A stretch of 46,090 nucleotides of DNA, taken from Perkinsus chesapeaki ATCC PRA-425. Lineage: Eukaryota > Protista > Perkinsozoa. The stretch covers positions 1 through 46,090 of the forward strand of contig JAAPAO010000258.1 of assembly GCA_013115145.1 (NCBI GenBank), given 5' to 3'. The notes beneath the pieces were generated by a model, which was given only the letters and a program-made list of their open reading frames with translations, had not been told where the DNA came from and ran no database searches. Positions 13,663 through 26,970 of this stretch are shown piece by piece (within the stretch, counting starts at the first letter, position 1; every line of letters begins with the position of its first letter). Made by a program: the position numbers and the translations under genes.

Positions 13663-14127
13663 CTTATCAGTAGTGCTGGAGTTAGGATATAAGACGCTCT
13701 ACGAGCAGGAGAAAAAACTCAACTGACAACAAAACTTAACCATAAGAGAATCTTCCCAGCTTCAACCAAAGATACCCGCCCTCCCAAACACAAATCTCAT
13801 GCCGCTATTCTCACGCCGCGAGGAAGAAAAACTCAGTAGTGACAGTAAGTGTTTTGCCATCACCGGTGATTGCAATGGTAACTATAAATAGTACGCCTAT
13901 AGGAGCGATGAAATATGGTGATGATGACAGCGACAACGACGACGGCGGAGACGACCTCCACAATGTTGATAATAATTCCGAAACTACCGCCGACAAGCAA
14001 CTCGTCAGCAGCTAATCTACCAGCAGTATCAATAGAGCATGCTTTTCATGCCTAATAGGTACCACGTTGAGGAGTTGCAAGATTGCAAGGTCCCCTTTAT
14101 TATAAACAGCCAAGGCAGCCTTCGCGT

Positions 14128-15843
14128 TTAGCTCCAGGCAACCTTGGGCAGAGGCTCACCGCTCTCCTCAGCCTCCAGCATCATCTCCCATAGAGGCGAC
14201 AACTCACGAAGGTTGGTCACTTGTTCGATCACCTTCTTAACAGCGTTGTCCACCTCTTCATCCGTTGTGAAACGGCCGATACCGAATCTGCCACAAAGAG
14301 TCTAAAATTGATGGAGGTGGGTATAGTGGTAGCCTACCTAAGACTGGTATGGGCCAAGTCATCACCAACACCAATCGCTCTAAGGACATAACTGGGTTCC
14401 AAACTCGCACTAGTGCAAGCAGAGCCGCTGGATACACAAAGGTCCTTGTTGAGGGCCATAAGAAGGGACTCTCCTTCAACAGCAGAGAAAGACAAGTTTA
14501 CATTACCGAAATACCTAATGAGGTGAAATAAAGCTAAAATTAAAACAATCAACTCACCTTTCGGTTTCACTGCCGTTTAAGATGACCTTAGGCAAATGCT
14601 CTCTAATGCCATCCAATAGCTTGTTTGCCAATCTAGAGACATGTTCCTTATCTCTATCCATCTCCTTCTGGCATATCTCACAAGCAGCACCAAAGCCAAC
14701 TACATTAGGAGTGGCTAAAGTGCCAGAACGCAGGCCTCTCTCCTGTCCACCACCATCAATAATAGGGCGCATTCTCACCCGAGGATGTCTTCTTCTAACA
14801 TAGAGAGCACCAACGCCCTTGGGACCGTAGACCTTATGACCGGAGATGCTCATAAGATCTATGTTCATATCATTGACGTCCAATGGGATCTTCCCAGCAG
14901 CTTGTGCGCAATCAGTGTGGAAGTACACACCATGCTTTCTGCAGATCTCACCAATTTGCTTCAAAGGCTGCTCCACACCAATTTCGTTGTTGACAGCCAT
15001 AACACTGACAAGGACGGTCTCGCCGGGTCTGATGGCGTCCGCGAGCTCCTTGAGATCAATCAGACCGTCGTGGTTAACCGGCAAATAGGTGACATCGACG
15101 TTGTCGTTTTGCTCAGCCAAGGCACGAGCGCTAGCTAGAACGCACTTGTGCTCGATTTGGGTGGTAATAACGTGCTTCTTGCCGGTCTTAGTCCTGAAAA
15201 TGAATCATAAGTCCATTGGACGGAAAATAGCAAAACCTACTTAGCGTAATTGGTAACACCCTTCAAGGCGAGATTATTGGACTCAGTGGCACCGCTGGTG
15301 AAAATGATCTCCTTTGGGTTCGCACCGATCAGACTGGCGACTTGAGAACGGGCGTGTTCGCAAGCGTCGTCAGCCTCCCAGCCGTAGGCATGGCTTCGGC
15401 TATGCGGGTTGCCATACCTGTTGATAGATGGTGAAGATAGAAATATTATAGAAGCTTACATATTAGAAAAGTAAGGCAGCATGGCATCGAGGACTCTGGG
15501 GTCCATAACAGTGGTTGCACCATTATCGAAATATGCCTGAACAAAATTAAAGATGACACCCAATCCGACCTAGTTCCTATCATGCACGGTAAACCTATAG
15601 ATACCACCTAACCAGACCTACGAACGAACCCCTAGGAACCAACCCCACTCAGCGCATAATGAATTCCCTTAAGCTTCGAGCCCCACGAAGCTGAACAAAT
15701 GCCCGCCTTACCGGCCTCTTATACTCGATATCTTCAACTTGATCCGCCTTGGTAGCAAAGCCAGCAATGCGGCTGCAGCGACTCAGTACAGCCACTTGTG
15801 CCCGACTGGCCACAGTAAGAGCGTTCCGAGTGGAAGCAAGCAT
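14128..15843 (-). CDS. NFS1: Mitochondrial cysteine desulfurase (IscS/Nfs1)
   Basis: Arg/Ser/Ala-rich presequence from ATG 15843. Motifs [61 protein letters not shown]-Lys [24 protein letters not shown], catalytic [28 protein letters not shown]. Stop TAA 14128-14130. Confidence 0.97.
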
Positions 15844-16742
15844 TTTAGGTCTAGCTGTGGACAACGCTGAGTGCTGATAAAGGCGCTCTAAAAATTGCAG
15901 GAAAATATTTTGCCTAAGTGCAGGAAAAACTTGATTGTGGTCCCGGAAGATGTGTCGAAGCTAAGAACGATTTCTGACAGCTTAAATCATATTAAACGCC
16001 CTTGTTATCGAAGCTAGAGGGAAGAACTTTGCTGGCCTAATAACGTTGAACAGAATAAAAGCTAAAGCTGATTTAGCTGTCCTACAAAGCGCCGCTCACT
16101 AGTGTCCCTAGACAGTAACACAGCAACCGTCTTGAACGTGTTGGGCTCTGGAATTGGTTATTGACGTGATTATGAGCTCCAGTGTCGATGAGCGCTTGGC
16201 CTTTTGGAGACGCTTCCCCAACATTCGAATAAACCCGGTCACCTTGGGGCAACCGAGCCCGTGCAACAGTAGCTTTACGTTCACCTTCGCTTATACAACC
16301 ACTCAAGACTGAACTGGCACTCATCGTTGCCAATGACTCGGAAGGTCAGAATCGGTCGTAAGATTGGATCGAAGTGTAACATCTCGAATCGACTACATGG
16401 TTGGTTCTCAACCTAAGATACGGTTTTCCTGAGCCTGTTAGATATCGTATGTCGCTAAAATCATAAGCGCTGGATAGTTTACTCTATATGATAGGAACCA
16501 GAAGTCTATCCCAGTTGCCGTTCAAGAGCCGACTCAGAATTCATTAACTCAACGGTCGTTGAGAGTTAAGTGCAAATGTCATCAGCCAACTCATCACGGA
16601 GAGTATCCAAATCGATCAGCACTTCCAGGCTCAGTCTGGCTTCTTCCAGCACAGCGTCGAGGAGGCAATCTAAACCCTCTTCAAGGAGAACCTCAGTAAC
16701 GCTAATAGATGTTACACTGGGGAATTTCAACGTGTTCAGTCA

Positions 16743-17636
16743 ATGGAAAGAAGTCGTCGATCTCGCCCTGATAGCAGCTGGGAATGGCTCGAAGACACTG
16801 CAGATGGTCCGGGCTACTATCCTCTCACCAAATCTAATAGTACCGGATTTCTGCCACAAATAGGTGGACTAAAGCGAAGCTTGCGTTATTACTAGCTGCT
16901 TATTTAGGGTGCTTTGCTCTTACTGGTATACCTGGTTACACAGGATATGTCCCAAGAAAAAGCCCAGAGAACGTTTTTGGCGCTACCTTTCGACGAGCCA
17001 ATGAGCTATCTCTGTATAGGGATCCTCGGGAAATAGGTTATCAATGTAAGAGTAGCATTAACTTCTCTTGCGCCCCTTTACCTTCTTCAGGTCTTGGTTA
17101 CAATCCGGGTGGCTTGGGTGGGCGGCTCGGTGATAACGTCCCCGGGTAAGAACGGTGATGAAAGTGTGATATACTAAGTTCTTTTTGTATGTATATGAGA
17201 TCCGCTGTTATAAAGAATTTTTTTGCAGTCCTAGTCATAAGCTCTCGCGCTAAAATACTATGTAAATGTAGTATATAGTTTATAAATGTAATGGGGCAAC
17301 ACATTCGTTCTCTTGGAGGGGTCGCAATCAACCTATTTAGTATCTTTCCCTTTAGCTACGGTGGCTATATACCTGGTAAATACAGTGATAATGTATTCGG
17401 TAAAGTATTCGCGGAGGCCAACAAAATCGCGCAGGCGATCAAAGTCCATCAAGCCTTGGATAGAGACGAAGCTCATCAGAGGCAAATCGATGAATGGCAG
17501 CAAGAGGGCGGCAAGGTAATCCCGGATGAGAAATTGTCGGAATGAAAATATGTCTATCAGATAATGGGAGCGTGGCAGGACTCCCAGCATGGACGATATC
17601 ATCACATTAAGAATGCTCAGAAGGAAATGATGCATG
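16743..17636 (+). CDS. CIMIP2/FAM166 (DUF2475)-like ciliary microtubule inner protein; ends unresolved
   Basis: Spliced exons give two copies of the family-type repeat: GIPGYTGYVPRKSPENVFGATFRRANELS (exon from 16908) and NVPG|YGGYIPGKYSDNVFGKVFAEANKIA (split by the intron ~17146-17353). Introns are GT-AG and phase-compatible. Confidence 0.7.
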
Positions 17637-18601
17637 GTTAGTGTTACCGAGGGTGTCCAGTATCGATATAGTGTAGAGTTTAAGTGCATTATGGAAGGCT
17701 AGAGCACCACGCAGGGGTATAGTAGAGTATATTTTTGCTGTCAAAATTGATCTAGATGGGCAGCCGCTCAGGAAGTCGATTGTAGAATTGAGAACCGGTC
17801 AGGTTGGCTTTTGAACCCAAAAAGTGGATTCTGCGACTCTGCGGAATACGATGCTGATATAATCTGTTGATCCGGTAGCCAACTAACTGAGTCGTTTAAT
17901 GAAAGGTAAGGTTTGTTGGGATAAGGCACTACCAAACTACCTTCTACACGGCCACTTTACGTCTATATAAGGGTGCCAGGGAAAGACATATAACATCGAT
18001 AAATAGTGATGGTATAATTTTAAACGACTCTAGATGCTCTACAGGTTAATAGTGTAGCCACCATTATGAGTTACAAGCGACTAATTGGTAGTCAGTTGGA
18101 TTCACCCATTTTCTTGCATGGTGAAGTCGATGACGAACTTCTCACGGGGCAAGGAAGTTCCGACCATCGCTGGCAATACCAGCACTACCGGCAATCACTC
18201 TGAAAGATCAGAGTCTCTGGCTAGTCATCGGTCAGCATCATCGTCGTTCGTTGATGAGAAAAAGAAAGAAAAGGCCAAAAATAAATCGTTAAGGAGGTCT
18301 CAGGTAGAAAGGGGTTCCTGTATAGACGGGATGGAGCTGATAACGGGGAACTCTCAGAAATTCGTATAAATATCGGCTTATATTCTAAACAAACGAGTCC
18401 GTAAATTGCCCGCTTAGTGCCTGCTGGGTGAGTCGAAACTTCATCAATTGTAACGGTTTCATAATAGCAATAACCGGCTTGAATCAATTCCGTATAGTCA
18501 TATTTTCATCCAACAAAAACTCTATTTGAGTAACATACCGTATATTTGCTGCTCTGTTTTATTGAATAACTCGATTTTGAATAACATTTAATAGCACATT
18601 T

Positions 18602-21600
18602 ATGAAATCTTATGGTCTTGGAGATCGCTCACCACAATGCTACTGTTATACGGTAAAGGTTGATAGATCCATGCACTGTTATTGTTGTTGTTTGTATTTA
18701 GATAGCAGGGTTATGGTGGAAGAACTTCGTATTAGCTAGACGCTCTAAAGTGTCAGTGATATGTGAATTCATCATACCTGTTATAGTATCCTTTGCTGCA
18801 CTATTATTGGTACCAATAATCAACGATAATACACTAGATCCTATAAACACTGTAATAAGGGAGAGGAGGAGGAGAGGGGCTCCATCTATCGCTGCTCAAA
18901 ATGTGTATATGATTCCTAACCAAAGGCTGATCTAACTGTGAGCGATCATCGCTAGTGTCGTCTGCGACTCTCTCGATTGGTATCCGAGCGTTGGAAAGAC
19001 AAAAAATAGATTTGTTGGCTTTTCAAGCGATTACTATGATTTTTACATATCGCAATTTGTAGCATAATACTACGGTTTGATAGTGAGGAAGTTGCTCGAG
19101 TCCAAGCTGCGTCAATGTCACGAAGTTATTCGCAAAGTTATTTCTATGTATCTCCTCAGCCCGGTCAACCATATCCCTATGAGTTCACCATCGACTACAA
19201 CAGTACCACAGGGGAGGCCCTTCCGGCAGTACCAGCTAGAGAGGGCGTCAATCTATACCAGAAGATAGCCTATGATCCGTTATATAATGAGTCGGCTCCG
19301 GACCCTAAATACCAAGACAGATTCACACGAATGAATTCGCTTGTACTATACGATTACTGTTTCTGTAAGACCTTAGCGATCGGTCCGAGCGGCAGCAAGA
19401 ACGCCATGGACTTTGCGGACTACTTACGGGGAGAGTTCTCGGATTGGGACAGATATCCTGCCAGAGTCAAGGCCGATAGCTATGCTGGTATACTTGGATA
19501 CGACGACAAAAACACCACCTGGAACTTCCCGGAATGCAAAGTGCTCGATGAAATGGAATCGAGGCCGATTGTGAGCACTACACTGGACGACCCAGACGAG
19601 CTGGTTAAATCGATTCATTACGACAACTATAGCCGAACGAGGGTTACGCAACCAACGGACAGAGATCGGCTTTGTGCCTATATAGACTTGAGCGATCTCG
19701 ATGAGCCCATCATTAGGAGCAATGGTACTGTTAATAGTAAATACTTTCGGTATAATACACTGTGGTGGGGAGAGAACGGAAAGATTCCCCGAGGCGATCC
19801 TAATGATAACGGCCCGGAGTACTATGCTGATATGGGCTTTGGTCTCATACAGGCTGTACTGGACGACTTTAAAAGTGATGGTAATAGCACTATCTATTTG
19901 GGCCAGTTCCCTATGCCATATGCTGCCTATACCACCATAAGTGCTGGTGAGGCATTCCAAGGTCTTGCTAGTATGTTTGGTGTACTCTTCTATATGTTCC
20001 CGTGCTTTGCCGTGGCTCGGAAACTCATCGCTGAGAGGTCTGGACGGCTAAGGGAAGGTAGTACTGGGGTGTTAGAAACTGAACTGCGGGGGGGGGGGGG
20101 GACATCATTCCCCAGGATTCGAGGAAGATGAAAATATTCCAATTGTATCTGGCTAGTGTATCTCATATAGAACCTACTGCAGTTTCTAAGGCGTTTCAGA
20201 ACAAGCGATCATTTCTGGACTACGTCATGGAATTCTAACAGCGATGTTGCATGCTGCAACTGAAACGCTAATTTTTGGCAAACTTATTACCGATGTTGTT
20301 CTGCTTGGTCCCACCAACTTTCTTATCCTCAGGGGAGTTCTGAAAGCTCAAACTTCTTCACGATGTCTTGAAACTCTTTAATAGAAAATACATCACGCTG
20401 TGGAGGAGTACAAGCCTGAGACTTAATAGGTTGTTCCCTTGTTCAGGTATGCGTGTTATGGGCCTTAAAGACTATCCGTATATCGTATCGTGGTATTTAT
20501 GGTACTTTGCATTTTATCTTGTAATCTCTATAATAGTATTCCTATTCTCCCTCTGGATGCTACCTATCACCGGTTCCCTATGGTTATTACTCTTAACGTT
20601 CCTCGACCAACTTTCATCCATGTCATTTACCTTTGCCGTTTCCACGTTGTTTTCTAGCCCTAACTCTGGCGCTGTCTTTACTTGCGCTATCTACTATATT
20701 ATCGCCTTCACTCTGGCCTTATTCGGTAGGGAGCAATCCCTATGGGGAATATCCCTCTTCCCGCAATGCACCTTCACTATGGTATGTAATAATATCGGTT
20801 ACCAATTCGGTATAGGCATCGAGCACATCTCGGCCAGTGTGGACAATCATGGCTTCACTCTTACCACGGGAGTGGTAATGCTCATTGTTGGCTTCTTTGT
20901 TTGGACGATTGTCTACCTTTATCTGGATCAAGTGGTGCCCCACGAGTATCGCTCTACACGGAAATGGTACTTTCCCTTCCAGAAAAGCTACTGGAATGAA
21001 ATCCTGGGCCGTGACGTGACGCCGACGGATTCCAGGAGTAATAGCGATGATGGAGGTAATAGCGTTGATGAGGCGAGTGGTATAGAGAAGGCCTGGGATC
21101 AGCAACAGTTAGAGTTATTGAGGGAAGGCCAGACTATTGATATACATGATTTGAAGGTGAGTTGTTGATGGGGCAAAGGCGGCTGGTGTATAGCATATGT
21201 GCGTTGTAGTAGTAGTGATATTCAGTGCGCGATGTAGTGGAGCAATATGTACTATAAATACGGTATAGTATAGAGTGAGGACAAATGCAATGGAGAGCGG
21301 GTTCTAATTAAGGAAGTATTATTAGATCGAATCACTTAATTGACTAAATTGATATAACGGATTGAATAATATAATTTGATCGCGAATATATGCAAATAAC
21401 TGACGTAAAGTTCAGCGTTAAATTGCTTACCCGTGGATTCCTACTTATCGGTGATAGTCCATGTCGTGATGTAAATGCCATATTATATGGCAGTTGATGA
21501 TATAACTCATCTTTATATACCATGTAATAAGTGCTATGTAAAGGTAATTTATAAAGCACGTAATAAGTGCTATGTAAAGGCAATTTATAAAGCACGTAGT

Positions 21601-24600
21601 AAGTGCTATGTAAAGGTAGTTTATATACCACGTAGTAAGTGCTATGTAAAGGCAATTTATAAAGCACGTAGTAAGTGCTATGTAAAGGTAGTTTATATAC
21701 AAGTTTGTATTGCGTACTCCCTTGGAGATGACGTAGGTATTTCCTCCAGTATTGTTTAGTGAAGTCATTGTTGTGATGTTGTGTTATGTAGGTACGTTTC
21801 AAAACCCCAACTGGTAGCATAAATGCAGTGAATGGTCTCAATCTTGAGATGTTCAGAGATGAGCTCTTCGTCTTGTTGGGGCACAACGGTGCTGGTAAAT
21901 CAACAACCATCAACGTCCTGTCGGGTACAGTGAGTCCCACCAGCGGTGTAAGTCTGGGGTCTTCTTGGAACAAATCGTTGGAAAGTGGCGGGGATTTCGC
22001 GCTTTGAGTTGAGCATCATTGAGCTATCTCGAGGAGCTTATCCTATCATCACTTGGTATCGAGCACATGTTGCTGTGTGTATACATTGTCTCCCCCCAAC
22101 TCGATGGCATTCAGCAATTGTAAGGCTAATTAAACCTATACTCTTCGAATTGCTCCTCGTCAGTGGCCACCTATTACTCTGCCGTTTCTTCCAGGACGTT
22201 CGCATCTTCAACCACAAGGTCCCTGACGACATGCCAATTATCCGGCGGAGTATGGGCGTCTGTCTTCAACATAATGTGCTATGGGGAGACCTGACTGTTA
22301 AAGAGCATCTAGATCTCTTTGCGAGGATCCGAGGGCTCAAGACAGACGGCTCTAAGAAGCTGGCAGAGGAGGTTGGTCTCGGTATGAAATACAACGCAAA
22401 GGCGAAGACGCTCTCAGGTAAGGAGTTGTTTGAGCTCCATGTATACGATATTATCGTATACACTATCATAATCACGATAGTGTAACCGGTCCATTTCAAA
22501 CGGGGTATTCACCGCTACAGCTAACTGCACTGATACTTGTACGTAACCCTAAAGATTTGCTAGCTAACGGTGGCTTTATGAAACCATTGAATCCGCGAGT
22601 GAAGGGTCGGGAGCACATTACTTCTGTGACGTTGTGGTCTAAATTGTAATAACGAATGTTCCATCAGAGATATACCATCTATCTGTCTGCTCAGTAACTA
22701 CACTTCGCCTCTAACTATCCTCCTGTTGATATCTTTATCCTAGTTCCTATTGGTATCCATTTCAGGTGGTATGCAACGTAAGCTGTCGGTTGGTGTAGCA
22801 TTCGTCGGCAACCCCAAGGTGGTGATCCTTGATGAGCCATCTAGTGGTATGGATCCCAGTGCTCGTCGAAGCATGTGGGACTTCTTAAGAACTAAGAGAG
22901 AGGGCCGTATAATGTGCGTCACGACGCACTATATGGACGAGGCTGAAGTACTGGCCGATCGCGTTGGTATCATCGGTAATGGTCAGTTGTTGGCCTATGG
23001 CTCCACGAGCTTTCTCAAACGCCACTACGGTGAGCCTATCAATCATAAACTCATCCGCTTGCTGTTTATGCAGCTTGCTGTCAGGTAGCGGCTACAATGT
23101 GACTATTGCCAAGACCAAGGATGGCGTTCCCGACGAACCTATCCTGGAGTCCGTCCACAACTCCTTAGGAGACTATCCTGTCACAGTTGTGTCTAGCATT
23201 GGCCTGGAACTTGGTCTCCGAATACCATTCGAGGCTGTTGATAAGTTCGGGCCGATGTTTGAATCGTTGGATGATAACAAGGATGTTTTGGGGATCTCCT
23301 CGTATGGTGTATCGGTTACTAATCTAGAAGAAGTCTTTTTGAAAGTAAGTTGTCAGAAATTAATTTTTTCTGGTCTTTCAAAAAATTTATCATCTGCGCT
23401 TGATGGTCCTCTCCGTTCTGGATTATAATTGATATACTCATTCAAGCAGACTTCTGTGGATGACTTTATGGTTTGCTTTACAGGTAAGTGCCAAGTCGGA
23501 GAACCCTACTGATGCAGACATAAAGGCCCAGCACACAAAGATCCATGCCGATATCCCTATACGGCGGAATATCTTCAACCAGTTCTTGATCCTCTCTATG
23601 CGACGTATCATCTACGGCTACCGTAAATGGGGTGCCACGCTGGCAGGCTTCGTCATACCGTTCCTCGCGCTGTTGGCGCTCCTGGGTCTGCAGAAGGCCG
23701 CCCTGGCTCTCAAGGATCCGGTGCCCTTAGTCCTGGGTCCGACGAGTAGCCCGTACGAGCTTGGCCCAACCACCCACGTCAGCGGCTACTGGGATTATGA
23801 CCATCCGCAAGTGCTTCGAACAGTCTACAACGGCACGGAGCTCATCACGGACCTCTCAGTGCAGGACTTGAGCTTCTTTGAGTTTGTGGAGTGTATGCAT
23901 ATGCAGCCTTGGTACTTCATGGCTAATCCAACGAAGAACGTTAATCCTCTATTCCCGAGGAACCAGGCAATCTGCAAGGCGGTTACCACATTCTCAAAGT
24001 CACTGCTGGGCAACAACACAGCCACCTTTGACACTACAGCTTATGGAATCACCAGTAGAGTCGTCTTCGAGGACATGACGGCCATGCACATGCTGCCTTA
24101 TGCAATGTCGACAGACCATCCCAACGCCACAATCGTGAATCACCCGCTCCCGATAACCTACGGGCAAAAGAGCGCGGATTTGGTGAACATCTCGATGTCG
24201 ATGTCCCTCGGTGGTATGTTCGTTATTGCCTTTATCATCGCAGCCAGTAATATGCTTTCGTATGCTATGATGGAGAAGACCTCCCTTGTTAAGGAGCAGC
24301 TCTACGTCAGTGGCTGCAACATAGCGATGTATTGGATATCCTCTTGGATCTACGATTTCGCCACTATCTTCGCCTGTGCCGCACTATGCTTCAGTTGTAT
24401 TAAGATCTACAATCTGGATCTCTACTTGCACGGCAAAGCTCTAGCTGCTACATGGCTTCTCTTGCTGGGCTTCTGTTTCTGTGCGCCTGGTTTCAACTAC
24501 TGTGTTTCTCTCATATCAAGGACCACGACGGTGGCCACCTACATACGAGTTGGTATCGGTCTAGTTATCGGTATGATAGGTTCCTTTGTCGTTGCATTTC

Positions 24601-26563
24601 TACTCTACGGCGGGCTAAGGAACCCTGCTGGTGTGCCTCTGATGTGGGTGTTCCGTTTGGTGCCTTCATTTCCGCTCGCTAATGGAATCACCACAATGTT
24701 CTTTGCTACACTGGGGATGGTACGAACGCCCGACGGTGAGACCGGGGTGGTCGTCCCGCCCTTGACATCGGTTATTGCCGGAAACTGCGTAGAAGGCGCC
24801 ACACCGGGCAGCGAGGGTTACTATTGTGTGGCCGTCGCTGGTGATGATATTATAATGCTCTTCATCATGGGCATGTTCTACTTCGTCGTGGCGGTTTGTC
24901 TAGACTATTGGTTCTGCAATACGCGTTGGAACATCAAGAAGGATGTTCCAGTACCGGCGAGCCTGCAGGGTTTTGAAGACCACAGAGTCCTTCAAGAGAA
25001 GGAGAGAGTTGCACAGCTTGACCCGGAAACACAAATGGTGTATATTCGGAATCTGAAGAAGGTTTTCCATCAGCATAGCAAAAAGAAGCAGGTGAGCTCA
25101 GCAAAAGGCAGTTACGCAGTTTTAGTCATTCGTCAGGTGTGGGCCGTTCGTGGCCTCAACTATGCACTGGCTGATGGTGGTGTGTTCGGTCTGCTTGGCG
25201 TTAATGGTGCGGGTAAGACCACTACGTTCAAGATGCTTTGTGGTCTTCTGAAACCAACAGCTGGTGTTATCTATCTTGCTGGCCGGAGTCTTTCCGGCAA
25301 CACCGACGAGGTGGGCTGTCACAGAGCTTCAGGCTCTGCATTGATGCCGTTTCTCAGGCGCGCAAGAATATTGGTTACTGTCCACAGCAGGACGCCTTGA
25401 TTGACGGCCTCACTGTTGAAGAACATCTCACCATGTAAGATACCATCTGAGTATCGTCCCTCTTTCACGACTCTTGGCGTGCAGGTACGGCGTGATTAGA
25501 GGAGTGCCTTTGAGGATGTTGAAGAGACATGTAACAGAGCTGATGGAGATACTTCAATTGAGGTAAAAATGAGCTTATGCAAGTCGTCTAATCACGTTTA
25601 TCAGCCGCTACGCGCATTCCTATGGAACGAGGCTCTCTGGTGGTAACAAGAGAAAGCTTTGTGTCGGCATGGCTCTTATTGGTCACCCGTCAATAGTGTT
25701 CCTCGATGAGCCAACAACAGGTGTAGATCCTGAGGCTAGAAGGTGCGCACTGACGCCGCCTACATGACGATCATAACATCTTTTGTCGCTCAGGAACATT
25801 TGGAATGTGATAAATAAGATAGCAAACGGTCGTGGAAAAAGATCCGCAGTGATTCTCACGACACACAGCATGGAGGAGGCTGATGCACTTTGCAATGAGA
25901 TGGTCATCCAGGTAGGCACTTGATTGTTGGGGCTTCATTTTGGCCACAATTTTCATCTTAGGTTGATGGGCAGTTCCGATGTCTTGGAACGTCACAGCAA
26001 ATCAAATCGGAGTACGGCGCCGGGTATAAGCTGCAGGTCCATTTCGTACCCGCGCCAATACGAGAGAGAACTCTTACTTTGCGGAGGATATCCTCAGCGA
26101 AGAAGGGAGATAGAATGGACTACCTTACGCGGACTGACGACGAAATCAAAGAGCTCCTCGAGGAGAATGGTAAGGGACCTGTTCGGCGGAAAGTTGGTTG
26201 TATTTTTTATTAGGCGTTACGGATCCCAACGCCATAAACTCTGTCGTACTTCTTGGTTCCCCCCAGCCTGATGGCGGCCGGATGTTCAGCGGTCCTACTC
26301 TCGCCGAAGGTGTTCATCGTGCACAGCTACACGAGCGAATGCTTCGATGGTTACAGAAGAACCTTGGCGCGGGCTGCTCGTCCTTAGACAGCATCGGCGA
26401 GTACAATCTACCAAAGGAGCTTAAACTTGGCGATGTCTTCACTCGCCTTACGGATCCTAAAGTCAAACATGAGTTGGGCTATGATGATTTCCAGCTAACT
26501 CAGACTACACTCGAGCACGTCTTCAACACTTTTGCCAAACAGAGCGGTGCGAAAGAAGAATGA
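18602..26563 (+). CDS. ABCA: Full-size ABCA-subfamily ABC transporter (2 TMD + 2 NBD)
   Basis: N-terminal [11 protein letters not shown]...EFIIP. EGMRVMGL after TMD1 entry. NBD1: [44 protein letters not shown]2: [52 protein letters not shown]-terminal [13 protein letters not shown] and TGA at 26563. Confidence 0.95.
21524..21701. repeat. Intronic 36-bp minisatellite, ~5 copies
   Basis: Units start at 21524, 21560, 21596, 21632 and 21668; consensus GTARTAAGTGCTATGTAAAGGYARTTTATAWASCAC. There are no spacers, so this is not CRISPR. It lies in the ABCA intron ~21158-21790. Confidence 0.95.
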
Positions 26564-26930
26564 TTGACACCTTAAACCATTCTGTTATTATGTTCATTTT
26601 CGTTTCGAGAATTTTATTCGTCGAAATGTTTCTTGTTCCTCTTGTAGTACCATATGTATAGTTAGATTTACACTCATTCATCGTCCGCCTGTGTGTAATT
26701 GTCAACGGATTTGTCTTTGCCTCTACAAGTGTTATTGTTGTGTTGCCGCCCAGTTTTTACAACTTCTGAGCAATCGACCGGATATACATCGAGTGTATCC
26801 TGGGGCTCAGTGTTCGGTAGAACATGTATATGTGGACTACGAGACACATAACGAAGTTGTAACCAACAAAGACGTGTCCGTCGTAGATAAAGAAATTCGG
26901 GCATTACGCAGCGCCACTAGACCATGGGTA

Positions 26931-26964
26931 CTAATTCCCTGACTCTTCTAATTCCCTGACTCTT
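26931..26964. repeat. Perfect 17-bp tandem duplication
   Basis: CTAATTCCCTGACTCTT occurs at 26931-26947 and 26948-26964. Confidence 0.95.
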
Positions 26965-26970
26965 CATTTT

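Noticed and set aside
14128-15843. NFS1 as a selenocysteine lyase linked to tRNA-Sec
   Set aside because: The motifs and mitochondrial presequence are typical of Nfs1, and it lies 23 kb from tRNA-Sec.
16570-17030. Antisense or alternative-frame ORFs (acidic VTEVLLEEGLD..., LFPEDPYTEIAHWL)
   Set aside because: They overlap or abut the better-supported plus-strand CIMIP2-like exons; there is no independent support.
20088-20101. G14 homopolymer as a G-quadruplex or frameshift
   Set aside because: It is intronic (ABCA intron ~20059-20447), and an isolated homopolymer length is unreliable.
21524-21701. CRISPR array (36-bp repeats)
   Set aside because: The units are contiguous with no unique spacers, there are no cas genes, and it sits in a eukaryotic intron; it is a minisatellite. 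The ORFs 21344-21973, 21445-21768 and 21475-21759 are artefacts of it.
26570-26942. ORFs 26674-26904 and 26691-26942
   Set aside because: They are short and motif-free and lie in the probable ABCA 3' UTR or intergenic DNA.
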